Part shown: in pieces, positions 1 through 9,780 of the stretch | Numbering within the stretch: position 1 is the first letter of the stretch | Layout: every line of letters starts with the position of its first letter | Source of the DNA: Acidimicrobiia bacterium | GTDB lineage: Bacteria > Actinomycetota > Acidimicrobiia > Spongiisociales > UBA11373 | Length of the DNA stretch: 64,000 nucleotides | Assembly (NCBI GenBank): GCA_040878325.1 | Contig: JBBDMM010000006.1 | Span: 35,012-99,011, forward strand | Direction of reading: 5' to 3' | The notes under the pieces: model-generated | What the model was told of the DNA's origin: nothing | The model's database searches: none | The model's input: the letters and a program-made list of their open reading frames with translations, nothing else | Position numbers and translations under genes: made by a program

Positions 1-377
1 ACTTCATCGTTTCCCCCTTCGACCCATCGGAGCTGGCTGCTCGGGCGAATCGCCTGGCAGTGCCTGCGTTGGGCACCGGCTCAGAAGAGGTCATCTGTTT
101 CAAGGACCTGGCCTTGAACCTCGCCACCTACCAGGCGACCGTGGGCGCCGAACCGGTCGACCTGACCTACATGGAATACGAACTGCTGCGGTTCTTCGCC
201 ACCAACCCGGGCCGGGTGTGGTCTCGTGAGCAATTGCTAAGCCGGGTCTGGGGCTACGACTACTTCGGCGGCGCCCGCACCGTCGATGTTCATGTGAGGC
301 GACTGCGGGCGAAACTCGGCGAGGAACGCTCATCGTGGATCACAACCGTCAGGAGCGTTGGCTACCGGTTTGGTTGA
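1..377 (+). CDS. OmpR-family response regulator, C-terminal winged-helix DNA-binding domain (5' partial, starts before the window)
   Basis: Translation contains the trans_reg_C pattern ...YEYELLRFF...TVDVHVRRLRAKLG...VRSVGYRF; stop at 375-377. Confidence 0.7.
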   Translation, partial: FIVSPFDPSELAARANRLAVPALGTGSEEVICFKDLALNLATYQATVGAEPVDLTYMEYELLRFFATNPGRVWSREQLLSRVWGYDYFGGARTVDVHVRRLRAKLGEERSSWITTVRSVGYRFG

Positions 378-1090
378 CCGGGGTGGTGGGGGACGAAGGT
401 CCAGTGAACTACGCCGGAGCCGTTGCGCATCCCGTCCCCCGACCCGCGCCACTTGAATCCAGGTATCTCCGAGTGGAACCGAAACCATTCGGCGGCCCTC
501 ACGCTGAACTTCCATTGCCTGCCATCGCCGAACAACACCCACACTCCACTCGACCCCGTCGAGCCCACCACCGAGGCAAGAAGGGCGAGCAGGATGACAC
601 CGACCAGCAGCAGATTCACCGAGAAGGCAACGAATTCGGACGCCACCACCACCGCCGCTCCAGCGAAGGTGAGCAGCCACCTCAGCCAATCCCATCCGCC
701 GTTGTCGACCCGAATCGCCACCACCTCGTCGAGCGGTGCCGACGCCACCACATGGATCGCCCGACCGCCGATCCCCGGGCGCCGGAACACCACCAGATGA
801 GATTGGGTGATGCCGAGTGCCTTGCGGCCTCCGCGAGGGTGGGGGGAAGCCCGACGAATGATCCGCCACTCCAGAACCCTCCCGACGACGAGGGCTATCG
901 CCGCCCCCGCCACGGCCAGCAGCCGGCCCGAGCCCACGTCGAACATGCTGTGGATCGCCAGGCCGCCGAACAGCCCTCCGACCAGCCATGCCCAGTTGTT
1001 GTGAAACCGGTCGGGCGAAACGGTCCGCACCGAGATACCCGCCAGCAGGGCACCGAGACCACCGGCCAACTCCCGAGGCCGCGCCATCAC
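362..1090 (-). CDS. hypothetical integral membrane protein
   Basis: Several hydrophobic helices (LLLVGVILLALLASVVG, LVGGLFGGLAIHSMF). Competing antisense ORFs in the same span are R/P-rich junk. Confidence 0.35.
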   Translation of the reverse strand: MMARPRELAGGLGALLAGISVRTVSPDRFHNNWAWLVGGLFGGLAIHSMFDVGSGRLLAVAGAAIALVVGRVLEWRIIRRASPHPRGGRKALGITQSHLVVFRRPGIGGRAIHVVASAPLDEVVAIRVDNGGWDWLRWLLTFAGAAVVVASEFVAFSVNLLLVGVILLALLASVVGSTGSSGVWVLFGDGRQWKFSVRAAEWFRFHSEIPGFKWRGSGDGMRNGSGVVHWTFVPHHPGQPNR

Positions 1091-1770
1091 GGGAACACCT
1101 CGACCTTCGCGCCGTCGAGTCGGCGAAGACGGTCACGATGCATCCGCACCCCGTAGAAGAACGCCAGCAGCATCAGCACAAGGTAAGTGACCGTGACCCC
1201 GGGGCGAATCGAGTCGAAGGGATCGAATTCAGGCAAGGACGCGAGCTGTGCGTCGAAGATCTCACCGACTAGATCGTGGGATACGCCCTCGAATCCGATT
1301 CCGAATACGTACGCCCGATTTGCGCCGTAGACCCACTTCTTCACGCCGGAGTCGGATGCCACCTCGAGGGTCACCGACGCGCTCGCCACTTCCTCGAACT
1401 CCCGCGTCCAGCTCAATCTCCACTCTTCCATGGTTCTCCGCAGTCGTCGGGCACCCGCGAGCGGATTCGCCAGCTCGTTCCCGGTATAGAAGAGGCCCAC
1501 CGCCACCCTCGCCGAATCCTTCTCCCAGACGTGGACCCAGCCCGATACCGATGGAAGCACTGAGAAGTTCGGTCGAACCAGGTCGGCGTTCGCTCCGACC
1601 AGGGCATCGTCCAGGGGCCCCTCGAACACCAGTACCCAACCCGGCTCCCCGAGGTCCTCGATGATCTCCTGGCTTGGTTGACGCGTCTCGGCACATCCCG
1701 AAAGCAGGGCGGACATGGCAACGAGACCCGCCAGAAGGCGGACTCCTTGACCCTTGGTCGCCAGTCTCAT
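1087..1770 (-). CDS. putative lipoprotein with C-terminal TM segment (hypothetical)
   Basis: Internal ATG gives MRLATKGQGVRLLAGLVAMSALLSGC (lipobox). Hydrophobic tail at the C-terminus. Confidence 0.5.
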   Translation of the reverse strand: MRLATKGQGVRLLAGLVAMSALLSGCAETRQPSQEIIEDLGEPGWVLVFEGPLDDALVGANADLVRPNFSVLPSVSGWVHVWEKDSARVAVGLFYTGNELANPLAGARRLRRTMEEWRLSWTREFEEVASASVTLEVASDSGVKKWVYGANRAYVFGIGFEGVSHDLVGEIFDAQLASLPEFDPFDSIRPGVTVTYLVLMLLAFFYGVRMHRDRLRRLDGAKVEVFP

Positions 1771-2015
1771 CAGCAAAGGGTACCGACCGTTTCGCCCTCC
1801 GCAGATGGTGCGCTGGTCATGGGGGAATCCGCCTGGCGGATGGGCACTGTGGCGGGATCGGGGTACGGTGAACCCATGGATATCCAGCGGTTCTTGACGC
1901 GGGCAGCCCCCAGGCCCGACGCCGTCGCGATGGCTCGAGACCACTGGTCGGGGTATCGACGGTGATCGTGGCCATCATCGGCCCGATCTTCGCCGTCACC
2001 TGACCTGCCGGGTGG

Positions 2016-2477
2016 TCAGCCGCCCGTCGTGCGGAGCATCCAGGCGGTCTTCTCGTGGATCTCGACGCGCCCGGTCGCGAGATCGACGGTGGCGATATCT
2101 CCGGCCGGTTCGGCCCTGTCGACCACAGCCCGGGCGGTACGAGCCACAGTCTCGTGGCCGGCGGCGAGGTCCCGCACCATGTCGAGCGCCTCGGGGATCT
2201 TCTCGGCCTCCTCGATCGAGGTGAGCTCGCCAAATGCCTTATACGACGCCGGAGCGGGCCGCCCGAGAGCGCGGATGCGCTCGGCGATCACGTCGACGGC
2301 ATCCCGCAACTCGAGGTACTCGGTCTCGAACATGGCATGAAGTGCAGGGAACATCGGCCCGGTGACGTTCCAGTGATAGTTCTGAGTCTTCAGATATAGG
2401 GTGTAGCTGTCTGCCAACAGCACCGAGAGCGCATCGGCTATCTCGATCCTCGCGCCCTCCTCGATGTCGAAGCTCAT
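2016..2477 (-). CDS. dps: Dps family DNA-binding ferritin-like protein
   Basis: MSFDIEEGARIEIADALSVLLADSYTLYLKTQNYHWNVTGPMFPALHAMFETEY is a canonical Dps/ferritin-like pattern. Confidence 0.85.
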   Translation of the reverse strand: MSFDIEEGARIEIADALSVLLADSYTLYLKTQNYHWNVTGPMFPALHAMFETEYLELRDAVDVIAERIRALGRPAPASYKAFGELTSIEEAEKIPEALDMVRDLAAGHETVARTARAVVDRAEPAGDIATVDLATGRVEIHEKTAWMLRTTGG

Positions 2478-2710
2478 GAAACCTCCCCCGTTGCTTGGGC
2501 TCAACCTATCTCACCCCGGCCTCCGGGGGGGGAGTACGGGAACCCTCCGGGTTCCTTGGGAAGGGGGGCGGCTGACCCTGCGAGCAGGACTGGTCCCGTG
2601 TCTTGAAGAGGGTGGTTTGACCGCACGCTGCCTCCGGGCCCCCTCCGTCACCGCCGAAGACGGCAGGGGAGGACGCCCTTGTTCGCCCAATCCGCCGGTA
2701 AGGTCGGCCC

Positions 2711-3070
2711 ATGAGCGAGAACGCCGATGGCGGGCCCCTCAGCAGTGAGGACATGATCGAACGCGCCAGGGGCCGACAGACTGCATCGAGCGAGAGCCTG
2801 ATCGAGCAGGCGAAGAACGCAGTCGCCGAGACGCCGGACATCGGTCTCGAAGAGATCGAGATTTCGATCCCGGTCGCCGAGAACTTCCCGAAGCCGCGGC
2901 CAACCATCCAGACCGGTCGGCCGCGCCGGGTCGTGCGTCCACCCGCCCGGCTGCCCCAGGGCCCGATCTCGACGGACAAGGCACCCCGTGCCCTGGTGAT
3001 CGCGGTTGCAGTGTTGATCCTGCTGATCGCGGTCGGAGTCGTCGTCGCCGCACTGACCGCCGTGCCGTAA
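2711..3070 (+). CDS. hypothetical protein with C-terminal transmembrane anchor
   Basis: Acidic N-terminus followed by LVIAVAVLILLIAVGVVVAALTAV at the C-terminus. Confidence 0.45.
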   Translation: MSENADGGPLSSEDMIERARGRQTASSESLIEQAKNAVAETPDIGLEEIEISIPVAENFPKPRPTIQTGRPRRVVRPPARLPQGPISTDKAPRALVIAVAVLILLIAVGVVVAALTAVP

Positions 3071-3073
3071 GGC

Positions 3074-4072
3074 CTAGTGCAGGCCGTCCGACGGGGCGGT
3101 GTACTCGATCTCGATCTCGTCCCAGACGTGGATCGGCATCCCCACCTTCACCCGCGCCGCCTCGAGGTCGTACCCGCCCTCTTCGGCCCATGGCCGCAAA
3201 AAGTCCATGTCCCAGGTGGGCACTCGTATGCAACCGTGCGACGCCGGGTAGTTGGGGACGCTGGGATATCCATGGATTCCGTAGTTCCACTCACCGTGCT
3301 GCCCGCGGTACCAGATGAACTTGTAGATCGACCACTCACCGGGCCGGGGCGACCAGCCTCGGCCATACCGATGCTCCCCGATGAAGGCGCTTCCCTCCTC
3401 GAGCCTGGCCGTGCGCGGAGTCACGCTGGAGTTGCAGCCATCTTCGGTCCGGCAACCCACCGTGCCGCGGCCGGCCCCGGTACTCACCGGCATGATCGCT
3501 TCGACCTTCCCTTGCTCGACCAGATAGAGCACCTGATGGCCGATGTCGACCTCCACCCGATCGGGTTGATCCTCACGCAAGGTCGGGGGGCGGGGGACGA
3601 ACGCCCGGAGGAGGTCCCAGTCCTCGGCAACCCAGTCCAACGGCGGGGGATTGGCGATCCAATCTGCTCGGGCGGTGGCCGGATTGGTGTGTGCCGGGCC
3701 GGTCAGTTTGTGAAAGGTGACGACGGCGTACTGGGTCTTGGCGTCGTACACCCCGCTCATCGGCCCGCGATAGAGCTTCCGCTCGGTCAACAGCCATTGG
3801 AGGGTGAACACCGACCAGGTGGCGTCGCCGGGGCACAGGTCGCCGTCGCGACGAACCTCGGCGGGAACCTCACACGGGTTGCGTCGCTCGGTCCAGTCGA
3901 TCGGGAGCGTTCTGCCGGCCAGGGTGGAACCGGGGTGAAGCCCGTTCGAGTAGACAGCAACCGCCCCGAGGTCGCCCGAAGCGGGGGCAGGCACCAGGGT
4001 GATAGCCAGCATGGCGACGGCGACGACGATCCCGCCGCGGGAGGTAGCCGCCTCTAGACGCCTCGCCGCCAA
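3074..4072 (-). CDS. L,D-transpeptidase (YkuD domain) with peptidoglycan-binding-like region and signal peptide
   Basis: Catalytic motif SHGCIRV near the C-terminus. N-terminal signal/TM segment. PG-binding-like stretch LYRGPMSGVYDAKTQYAVVTFHKL. Confidence 0.8.
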   Translation of the reverse strand: MAARRLEAATSRGGIVVAVAMLAITLVPAPASGDLGAVAVYSNGLHPGSTLAGRTLPIDWTERRNPCEVPAEVRRDGDLCPGDATWSVFTLQWLLTERKLYRGPMSGVYDAKTQYAVVTFHKLTGPAHTNPATARADWIANPPPLDWVAEDWDLLRAFVPRPPTLREDQPDRVEVDIGHQVLYLVEQGKVEAIMPVSTGAGRGTVGCRTEDGCNSSVTPRTARLEEGSAFIGEHRYGRGWSPRPGEWSIYKFIWYRGQHGEWNYGIHGYPSVPNYPASHGCIRVPTWDMDFLRPWAEEGGYDLEAARVKVGMPIHVWDEIEIEYTAPSDGLH

Positions 4073-4130
4073 TTGAACCTCCTCGAAAAGCTGAGGGTAA
4101 TCGATCGGCCCTCACCCCAACCAGGTTGAG

Positions 4131-5372
4131 TCACAACGGCACGACGTTGGCCGCAACGATGCCTCGCCGACGATAAGCACCCCGCGTGTCGAAAACGACG
4201 TCGACGGCTCCAGCGATCGCCTGCAGGTCGAACAAGTCGTGATCGGCGAGAATCACCGCAAGTGCGCATCCCTCGGGGAGGGCATCGACCCGGGCGATTC
4301 CGAGGCCCTCGATCTCGGCGTCCTCCACCAAAGGGTCCCACGCGACCACCTGTGCCCCCCGGCGGGTCAACTCGCCGATCACGTCGAGGGCCGGCGACTC
4401 ACGGGCATCGCCCACCCCGGACTTGTAGGCCAGGCCCACCGCGAGCACCTTTGTCGAGTACACCGGCAGACCACGATCGTTGAGGATCTCTGAGATCCGG
4501 TTGGCGACGTACTCGGGCATGCGGGCATTGACCTCCTCGGTGAGGTCGATGAATCGCGTGGCGAATCCGGCCTCCTTTGCCCGCCAGGCGAGATACTGCG
4601 GGTCGAGCGGGATGCAATGGCCGCCTACGCCGGGCCCGGGATAGAAGGGTTGGAAGCCGAATGGCTTGGTGGCCGCCGCATCGATCACTTCCCAGATGTC
4701 CACATCGATCTCATGGGCCAGCGCAGCCATCTCGTTGACGAGGCCGATGTTGACTGCGCGATAGGTGTTCTCGAGCAGCTTCGCCATCTCGGCGACCCTG
4801 GCCGATGAAACCGGGTGGACCGCATCGACCATCCGCCGGTACGCCGCGGCGGCGACCCTGCCCGACTCGGCACTGACCCCGCCGACCAGCTTCGGGATCG
4901 ATCCGATGCCATGACCTGACCCCGGGCTGACGCGCTCGGGTGAAAACGCGACAAAGACGTCGGAGTCGAGAACCAGGCCCCCCTTAGTGGCCGCCGGCAC
5001 CAGCAGGTCCTCGGTGGTACCCGGGTAGGTGGTGGACTCCAGCGCGACGAGGGTTCCGGCATGGACCACTCTGCTCACGGTCCCGGCGGCTGCCTCGATG
5101 AAGGAGAGATCGGGCTGACGATGCCGGTTGAGCGGGCTGGGGACGCAGATGAAGAGTGCATCGGCTTCCCGCAGACGAGACTCGTCGTCGGTGATTTCGA
5201 GCCCCCCGGCAAGGGCGGCCGCCAGCGATTCGGCGGATACATCCTCCACGGGCGAGTCGCCGGCTCGAATCCGCTCGACCACCTTCGTCGAGATGTCGAA
5301 TCCGATCACGCGCAGGCCTCGCTCGACGGCGTTCACCGCCAAAGGGAGCCCCACGTAGCCGAGGCCGATCAC
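4131..5372 (-). CDS. nucleotide-sugar dehydrogenase (UDP-ManNAc / UDP-GlcNAc 6-dehydrogenase family)
   Basis: N-terminal Rossmann VIGLGYVGLP, catalytic GGHCIPLDP, C-terminal UDP-binding region. GTG start. Confidence 0.85.
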   Translation of the reverse strand: MIGLGYVGLPLAVNAVERGLRVIGFDISTKVVERIRAGDSPVEDVSAESLAAALAGGLEITDDESRLREADALFICVPSPLNRHRQPDLSFIEAAAGTVSRVVHAGTLVALESTTYPGTTEDLLVPAATKGGLVLDSDVFVAFSPERVSPGSGHGIGSIPKLVGGVSAESGRVAAAAYRRMVDAVHPVSSARVAEMAKLLENTYRAVNIGLVNEMAALAHEIDVDIWEVIDAAATKPFGFQPFYPGPGVGGHCIPLDPQYLAWRAKEAGFATRFIDLTEEVNARMPEYVANRISEILNDRGLPVYSTKVLAVGLAYKSGVGDARESPALDVIGELTRRGAQVVAWDPLVEDAEIEGLGIARVDALPEGCALAVILADHDLFDLQAIAGAVDVVFDTRGAYRRRGIVAANVVPL

Positions 5373-5532
5373 ACCGGCGGTCCACGCCTGCTGCTCGAAG
5401 AAATCGACTCGGTCGGAAATGGCCCGCTCCTCCTCGCCGTGACTCTACGGGACATCTCGGAGGAGCCCTTCGGGCTCCCGCTTCCTGATTCCCGCCTCCG
5501 GCAAGACCGCCCTGCCCCTATGAGCGGCGCAG

Positions 5533-6390
5533 TCAGACGATCGGGGGGCGGCCGAGGCGGAGCATCCGCCACGCCGTCCGCCACCTCATCGGGGCGCGCG
5601 CTCCCGCCGGGTCCGTGAACCCCGCCCGATATCCGCGGCGCAGGGCGCCGAGATCGCTCCACGATCGGACGGTGCCGAGCGACAGAAGCCCTCGCACCAT
5701 CAGATACACGACAGCCAGCGGCACCGGCAGTCGGCGGCGTGACAGCAGCACCCGGTTGCGGGCAGTGCTGTAGATCGCACCGCTTCGCTGGCTCAAAGAA
5801 ACGACCGGGTGGACCACCTCGAGGTTCCCGGAGTACCGGATGTCGTAGCCGGCATCGAGCAGACGCCAGGCGAGGTCGGTCTCTTCGAGGGCGTAGAAGA
5901 ACTCCTCCGGAAACCCACCGACTTCGTCGATCACCGACCGGCGGATTGCGCAGGCCCCTCCCAGGAAGGTGGTCACGCGCGCCGTCCGCCGCGACCGCGC
6001 CTTCCACAGCATGGGAATGTGCTTCGAGATCACCCGCCCGGACTCGTCGACGATGCGGAATGAGATGACGGCGAGTCGAGGGTCGGCTTCGAAAGCGGCC
6101 GCCGCCTCGCTGATGACACTCGTCGCGCCATAGCGGGCGTCGTCGTCGAGAAAGAACACGACATCTTCGTTGGCCGCACCCCAACCCAGATTCCGCCCGG
6201 AAGCAACGCCGACGTTCTCCGGCGACACGACCACGGTGGCGTGACCGCGGTCCGGGGTTGGAATGCAGCCATTTCCCACGAGGATGAGCTCGGCCTGGGG
6301 GCCGGTCTGCGTCCGAATCGATTCGATCGCCGATCGCAAGGCGTCAGGGCGATCACACATCGTGAGCACGACCACGGATGCGCTGGTCAT
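5533..6390 (-). CDS. family 2 glycosyltransferase
   Basis: GT-A fold pattern VVVLTMCDRPDAL...ELILVGNG...DDDA. ATGA overlap with the upstream gene. Confidence 0.75.
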   Translation of the reverse strand: MTSASVVVLTMCDRPDALRSAIESIRTQTGPQAELILVGNGCIPTPDRGHATVVVSPENVGVASGRNLGWGAANEDVVFFLDDDARYGATSVISEAAAAFEADPRLAVISFRIVDESGRVISKHIPMLWKARSRRTARVTTFLGGACAIRRSVIDEVGGFPEEFFYALEETDLAWRLLDAGYDIRYSGNLEVVHPVVSLSQRSGAIYSTARNRVLLSRRRLPVPLAVVYLMVRGLLSLGTVRSWSDLGALRRGYRAGFTDPAGARAPMRWRTAWRMLRLGRPPIV

Positions 6391-7157
6391 CGGAGGCGGT
6401 CGGAGGCAAGCACCGACACCAGATGGCCCACCGCGACGAGGGCCGCCACTGTCACCATCGCCGTCACCAGCCACTGGCTCGCCGCCAGATCGGATCTCAC
6501 CGCGTCGAACACCGCCGCCACCAGGATGAGCGTGCTCGCCTCGACGGCTCCGGTGATCCGATGCAGGGGAACGAAGTCGGCGATCCGCCGCAGAAGCCTG
6601 AGAGCAGGCGCCCGGATGCGGGACCCCTCGTCACCGATAGCCGGCATGCCCGATTTCGCCCGGGCGGCGTCGACCAGGTCCGTTTCGATCCGGGCGAGCA
6701 CCGCGGCGAGGGCGGCTCCCAGACCCACGGCCAACCAGACGGAGTCGTCACCTCCACCCGCACGCCAGCCGAGGCCAACGAGAAGCGTCGCCTCGACCAG
6801 GTAGTGGGAGATGCGGTCGAGGTACACGCCGCGCGGGCTCTCGGTCGAGTTCCAACGGGCTACCTCGCCATCGACACAATCGAGCAACAGATACAACTGG
6901 ACGCCGACGAACGCCCCGATGGCCGGCCACACCCCGCCGACGAACAGGAGGGTGGAACCCGCCAGGCCCACGGCCAGCATCAGGAGGGTGACTCCATCGG
7001 CGCTCAAGCCAAGGGAGAGCGCCGCCCGGGTGAAGTAGATCGACAGCCCCCGCATGTACAAGCGGCCTGCCCAGTGTTCGTCGCTCCGCCGGCCGACGAT
7101 GCTCGCCGGCTGGCAGACGCGGCGCAGCTCAGCGATCGAAGGCTTCGATGAACGCAT
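6387..7157 (-). CDS. CDP-alcohol phosphatidyltransferase family protein (start uncertain between 7055 and 7184)
   Basis: Signature DCVDGEVAR (D-x2-D-G-x2-A-R) within multi-helix hydrophobic protein. Confidence 0.7.
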   Translation of the reverse strand: MRSSKPSIAELRRVCQPASIVGRRSDEHWAGRLYMRGLSIYFTRAALSLGLSADGVTLLMLAVGLAGSTLLFVGGVWPAIGAFVGVQLYLLLDCVDGEVARWNSTESPRGVYLDRISHYLVEATLLVGLGWRAGGGDDSVWLAVGLGAALAAVLARIETDLVDAARAKSGMPAIGDEGSRIRAPALRLLRRIADFVPLHRITGAVEASTLILVAAVFDAVRSDLAASQWLVTAMVTVAALVAVGHLVSVLASDRLR

Positions 7158-8181
7158 CGACTCGCTGCCTTGTCTCGACGGCATCCAATTCCAGTCTTTC
7201 GAGGATGGTGAACCTTCCCGGCCGGGTCTCCGGTGCGGCAAGGACGACCGCGGTGAATTGCTCCGCGTCGAGTCCGATGTCCGCGGGCAGCCGGGGCACC
7301 TGATTGCGGGTGAAGCATTCATCGATGTCCTGCAGCCGGGCGTCGTCACGGAGGAACGAAGCGAACATCGCGCCGACCGCGGCCTGCTCCCCGTGGAGCG
7401 CCAGTCCCGGGTGCAGCCGGTCGATCGAATGGCTGATCTCGTGGCACGCCCCGCTGCACGGCCTGCTGGTGCCGGCCGCCGTCATCGCCAGCCCGCTGAC
7501 GATGAGGGCGTCTGCGAGGGCCTCGAGCCCCACCTGGTCCGGTGGGGTACGCGGCTCGTGCAGGATCGACAGAGCGGCCGCAGTTGCCATCGCGGCTGCC
7601 AGCCCGTCAAACGGCTCGTCGGTCACGTCCCGGGCCATGACCCAGTCGGCGACTGCAGACAGATTGGAGACCACCTCTCCGATGCCGGACCTCGCATGGC
7701 TCAGGGGGGCGGACCGCACGAGGTCGAGATCCACCACGACCGCGATCGGGGGTTGCACCCCGTAGGACCCCTTCCACCCGTTGTCCTCGAGCGCCGCCAC
7801 CGGTGAGGCAAGTCCGTCGTGGGTCAAGGTCGTCGCCACCGAAACGAAGGGGAGGCCCACCGCGGTGGCGGCCCACTTGGCGACATCCAGGGATCCGCCG
7901 CCGCCGATGCCAACGAGAGCCTCGAACTGCTTTCCCCTGAGCAGGTCGGACAGTTCCCGGGCGGACGCCAGGCTTCCACCGTCGACTTCGAAGACTGGGG
8001 CCGACAGGGAGGCCTCGACGCTCGATCGGACCTCCGCCCCGACTCCGGAACCCACCGCCACCGCGATCCGGCCGGTGGTCGCGATACGCCGGTCAGCCAG
8101 CAAGTCGGCCAACCCGGCGACGGCGCCGGCCCGCACATCCACCATCAGCGGCCCGGCGAGGACGCGCGCTAAGAGTGCCAT
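7129..8181 (-). CDS. sn-glycerol-1-phosphate dehydrogenase (AraM/EgsA family, iron-containing ADH superfamily)
   Basis: GIGGGGSLDVAKWAA and VSVATTLTHDGLASP match G1PDH family signatures. Start at MALLARV overlaps upstream stop. Confidence 0.75.
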   Translation of the reverse strand: MALLARVLAGPLMVDVRAGAVAGLADLLADRRIATTGRIAVAVGSGVGAEVRSSVEASLSAPVFEVDGGSLASARELSDLLRGKQFEALVGIGGGGSLDVAKWAATAVGLPFVSVATTLTHDGLASPVAALEDNGWKGSYGVQPPIAVVVDLDLVRSAPLSHARSGIGEVVSNLSAVADWVMARDVTDEPFDGLAAAMATAAALSILHEPRTPPDQVGLEALADALIVSGLAMTAAGTSRPCSGACHEISHSIDRLHPGLALHGEQAAVGAMFASFLRDDARLQDIDECFTRNQVPRLPADIGLDAEQFTAVVLAAPETRPGRFTILERLELDAVETRQRVDAFIEAFDR

Positions 8182-8927
8182 TTCATCATCTTCGCCCGTT
8201 CGAGGTCTTCCGGCGTGTCTATTTCGATCCAGGGGAGATCGCCCACCTCTACCCCGTACACCCCGTGGGCGCGGGCAAAGTCGCCGATGCCATCCTCGTA
8301 GTAGAGCGAGCCGTCCTTTCTCCATGCCTGCTCGAGGCACGCCACAAACGGGGCGATCGCTTCAGGGGCGAGCCGAGCGATGCCGACGTACTCACCGTGG
8401 GCCTGCTCCGGATGGAGGCCCTTCGAAATGCCGGTGAGCCACCCGGATGAGTCGAAGGTGACTTTCATCTCCTCGTCGGCCAGCGCCTTCTTCGAGTCGA
8501 TCGCCAGCGCTAGGCCGGCGGGCGGGGCGTCTATCAGCCGCCGCATTGCGGTATCGGTGACGAGGGTGTCGCCATTGGCCACCAAGCAGTCCCCACTGAT
8601 CCCACCCAAGCCCAGCCACAGCGAATGGGCGTTGTTGAGGACCGCATGATCGGGGTTGTCGATCAACTCGATCTCGAGCCCGTAGTGCGACTCGAGGCTG
8701 CTACGGCGCCGGCCCACCTCCTCGGACGCGTGCCCGACGACCAAACGGACCCTTGAAACTCCAGACTCGGCGAGCACCCCCAGCACGTGGTCGAGCACCG
8801 TCCGCCCGCCGCCTAGATCGAGAAGGGTCTTGGGGAGGTCGCGGGTGAACGGCAGAAGTCGCCGCCCCTGACCGGCGCAAAGGACTACCGCCTGCGAAAT
8901 CGACTCGATTCGGGGCTCCTCGGTCAC
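8169..8927 (-). CDS. sugar/alcohol-phosphate nucleotidyltransferase (cytidylyltransferase-like)
   Basis: N-terminal AVVLCAGQGRRL (GxGxRL nucleotidyltransferase motif). About 250 aa, typical for GlmU/LicC/IPCT-like NTPases. Confidence 0.75.
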   Translation of the reverse strand: MTEEPRIESISQAVVLCAGQGRRLLPFTRDLPKTLLDLGGGRTVLDHVLGVLAESGVSRVRLVVGHASEEVGRRRSSLESHYGLEIELIDNPDHAVLNNAHSLWLGLGGISGDCLVANGDTLVTDTAMRRLIDAPPAGLALAIDSKKALADEEMKVTFDSSGWLTGISKGLHPEQAHGEYVGIARLAPEAIAPFVACLEQAWRKDGSLYYEDGIGDFARAHGVYGVEVGDLPWIEIDTPEDLERAKMMKWHS

Positions 8928-8933
8928 GGCAAG

Positions 8934-9019
8934 AGGCTAGGGCAGGGCAGGGGGCAGGTCGCAGGTGGCAGGTGGCAGGTGGCTCCTGATCGGCTCTTGG
9001 TTCTTGACTCTTGGCTCTC
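8934..9019. repeat. intergenic heptamer tandem repeats: G-rich (GGCAGGG)n then (GCAGGTG)x4, followed by (CTCTTGG)-like x3
   Basis: Direct reading: gggcagggcagggggcaggtcgcaggtggcaggtggcaggtgg ... ctcttggttcttgactcttggctctcc. Lies between ABC ATPase stop and NTase start. Confidence 0.8.
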
Positions 9020-9021
9020 CT

Positions 9022-9780
9022 TCAGTCGTCGTCCTCGTCGCCCCCGCCCGTCCAATCGATGTACGCCCTGACGACGTCATCGGGGGTTCCGTCCGCCATG
9101 AGCCGTCCCTCGTCGAGCCATATGGCCCGGGTGCACACCCGATCGATCTGCTTGAGGTTGTGACTCACGAGGACCACGACCTTGGCGTTCGCGCGTAGCT
9201 CTTCGATGCGCTTCAGGCTCCGCCGCCTGAAGTCGCGGTCCCCGACCGCAAGCACCTCATCGACCAGCAGGATCTCGGGTTCCATCGATGTCGCGATCGC
9301 GAAATGAAGGCGCGAACGCATGCCGGACGAATAGGTTCGGAGTGGCCGGTCGATCGCCCGACGCAACCCGGCGAAGTCGACGATGGAATCGAAGCGAGAC
9401 TCGGATTCGGCGCGGGTCATTCCCAGCGCCATGCAGCCGAGGAGGATGTTGCGCGCTCCAGACAGCTGACCATCGAGCACCGCCCCCACGCCCAATAGAG
9501 TCGGCTCACCCCGCACCCGGATCGACCCCGCCGACACGGGCTGCAGACCAGCGATGGCACTCAGCAATGAGCTCTTCCCCGACCCGTTGGCTCCGATGAG
9601 ACCCAGGATCTCACCGGTCTCGACCGTGAAGGACACGTCTTTCACGGCCTCGACCTGGGTGTGCTCACGCCGCCGACGACGCACGGTGATCTGCTCACGC
9701 AGGCTGGGGCGGCGGTCGAGGTACACCCGGTAGGTCACGCTGGCGTCCTTTACCTCGATGGCCGTCATCGGCTCATTCAC
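9022..9780 (-). CDS. ABC transporter ATP-binding protein, polysaccharide/teichoic-acid exporter type (TagH/Wzt-like)
   Basis: Walker A GANGSGKSS, signature YSSGMRSRL, Walker B ILLVDE. Pairs with ABC-2 permease. Confidence 0.85.
   Translation of the reverse strand: MNEPMTAIEVKDASVTYRVYLDRRPSLREQITVRRRRREHTQVEAVKDVSFTVETGEILGLIGANGSGKSSLLSAIAGLQPVSAGSIRVRGEPTLLGVGAVLDGQLSGARNILLGCMALGMTRAESESRFDSIVDFAGLRRAIDRPLRTYSSGMRSRLHFAIATSMEPEILLVDEVLAVGDRDFRRRSLKRIEELRANAKVVVLVSHNLKQIDRVCTRAIWLDEGRLMADGTPDDVVRAYIDWTGGGDEDDD

Noticed and set aside
330-1156. Long overlapping ORFs on both strands (330-1136 -, 335-1156 +, 423-800 +)
   Set aside because: They are Arg/Pro/Gly-rich and mutually overlapping, typical open frames of about 70 % GC DNA. 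Only the membrane-protein frame (362-1090 -) has protein-like composition.
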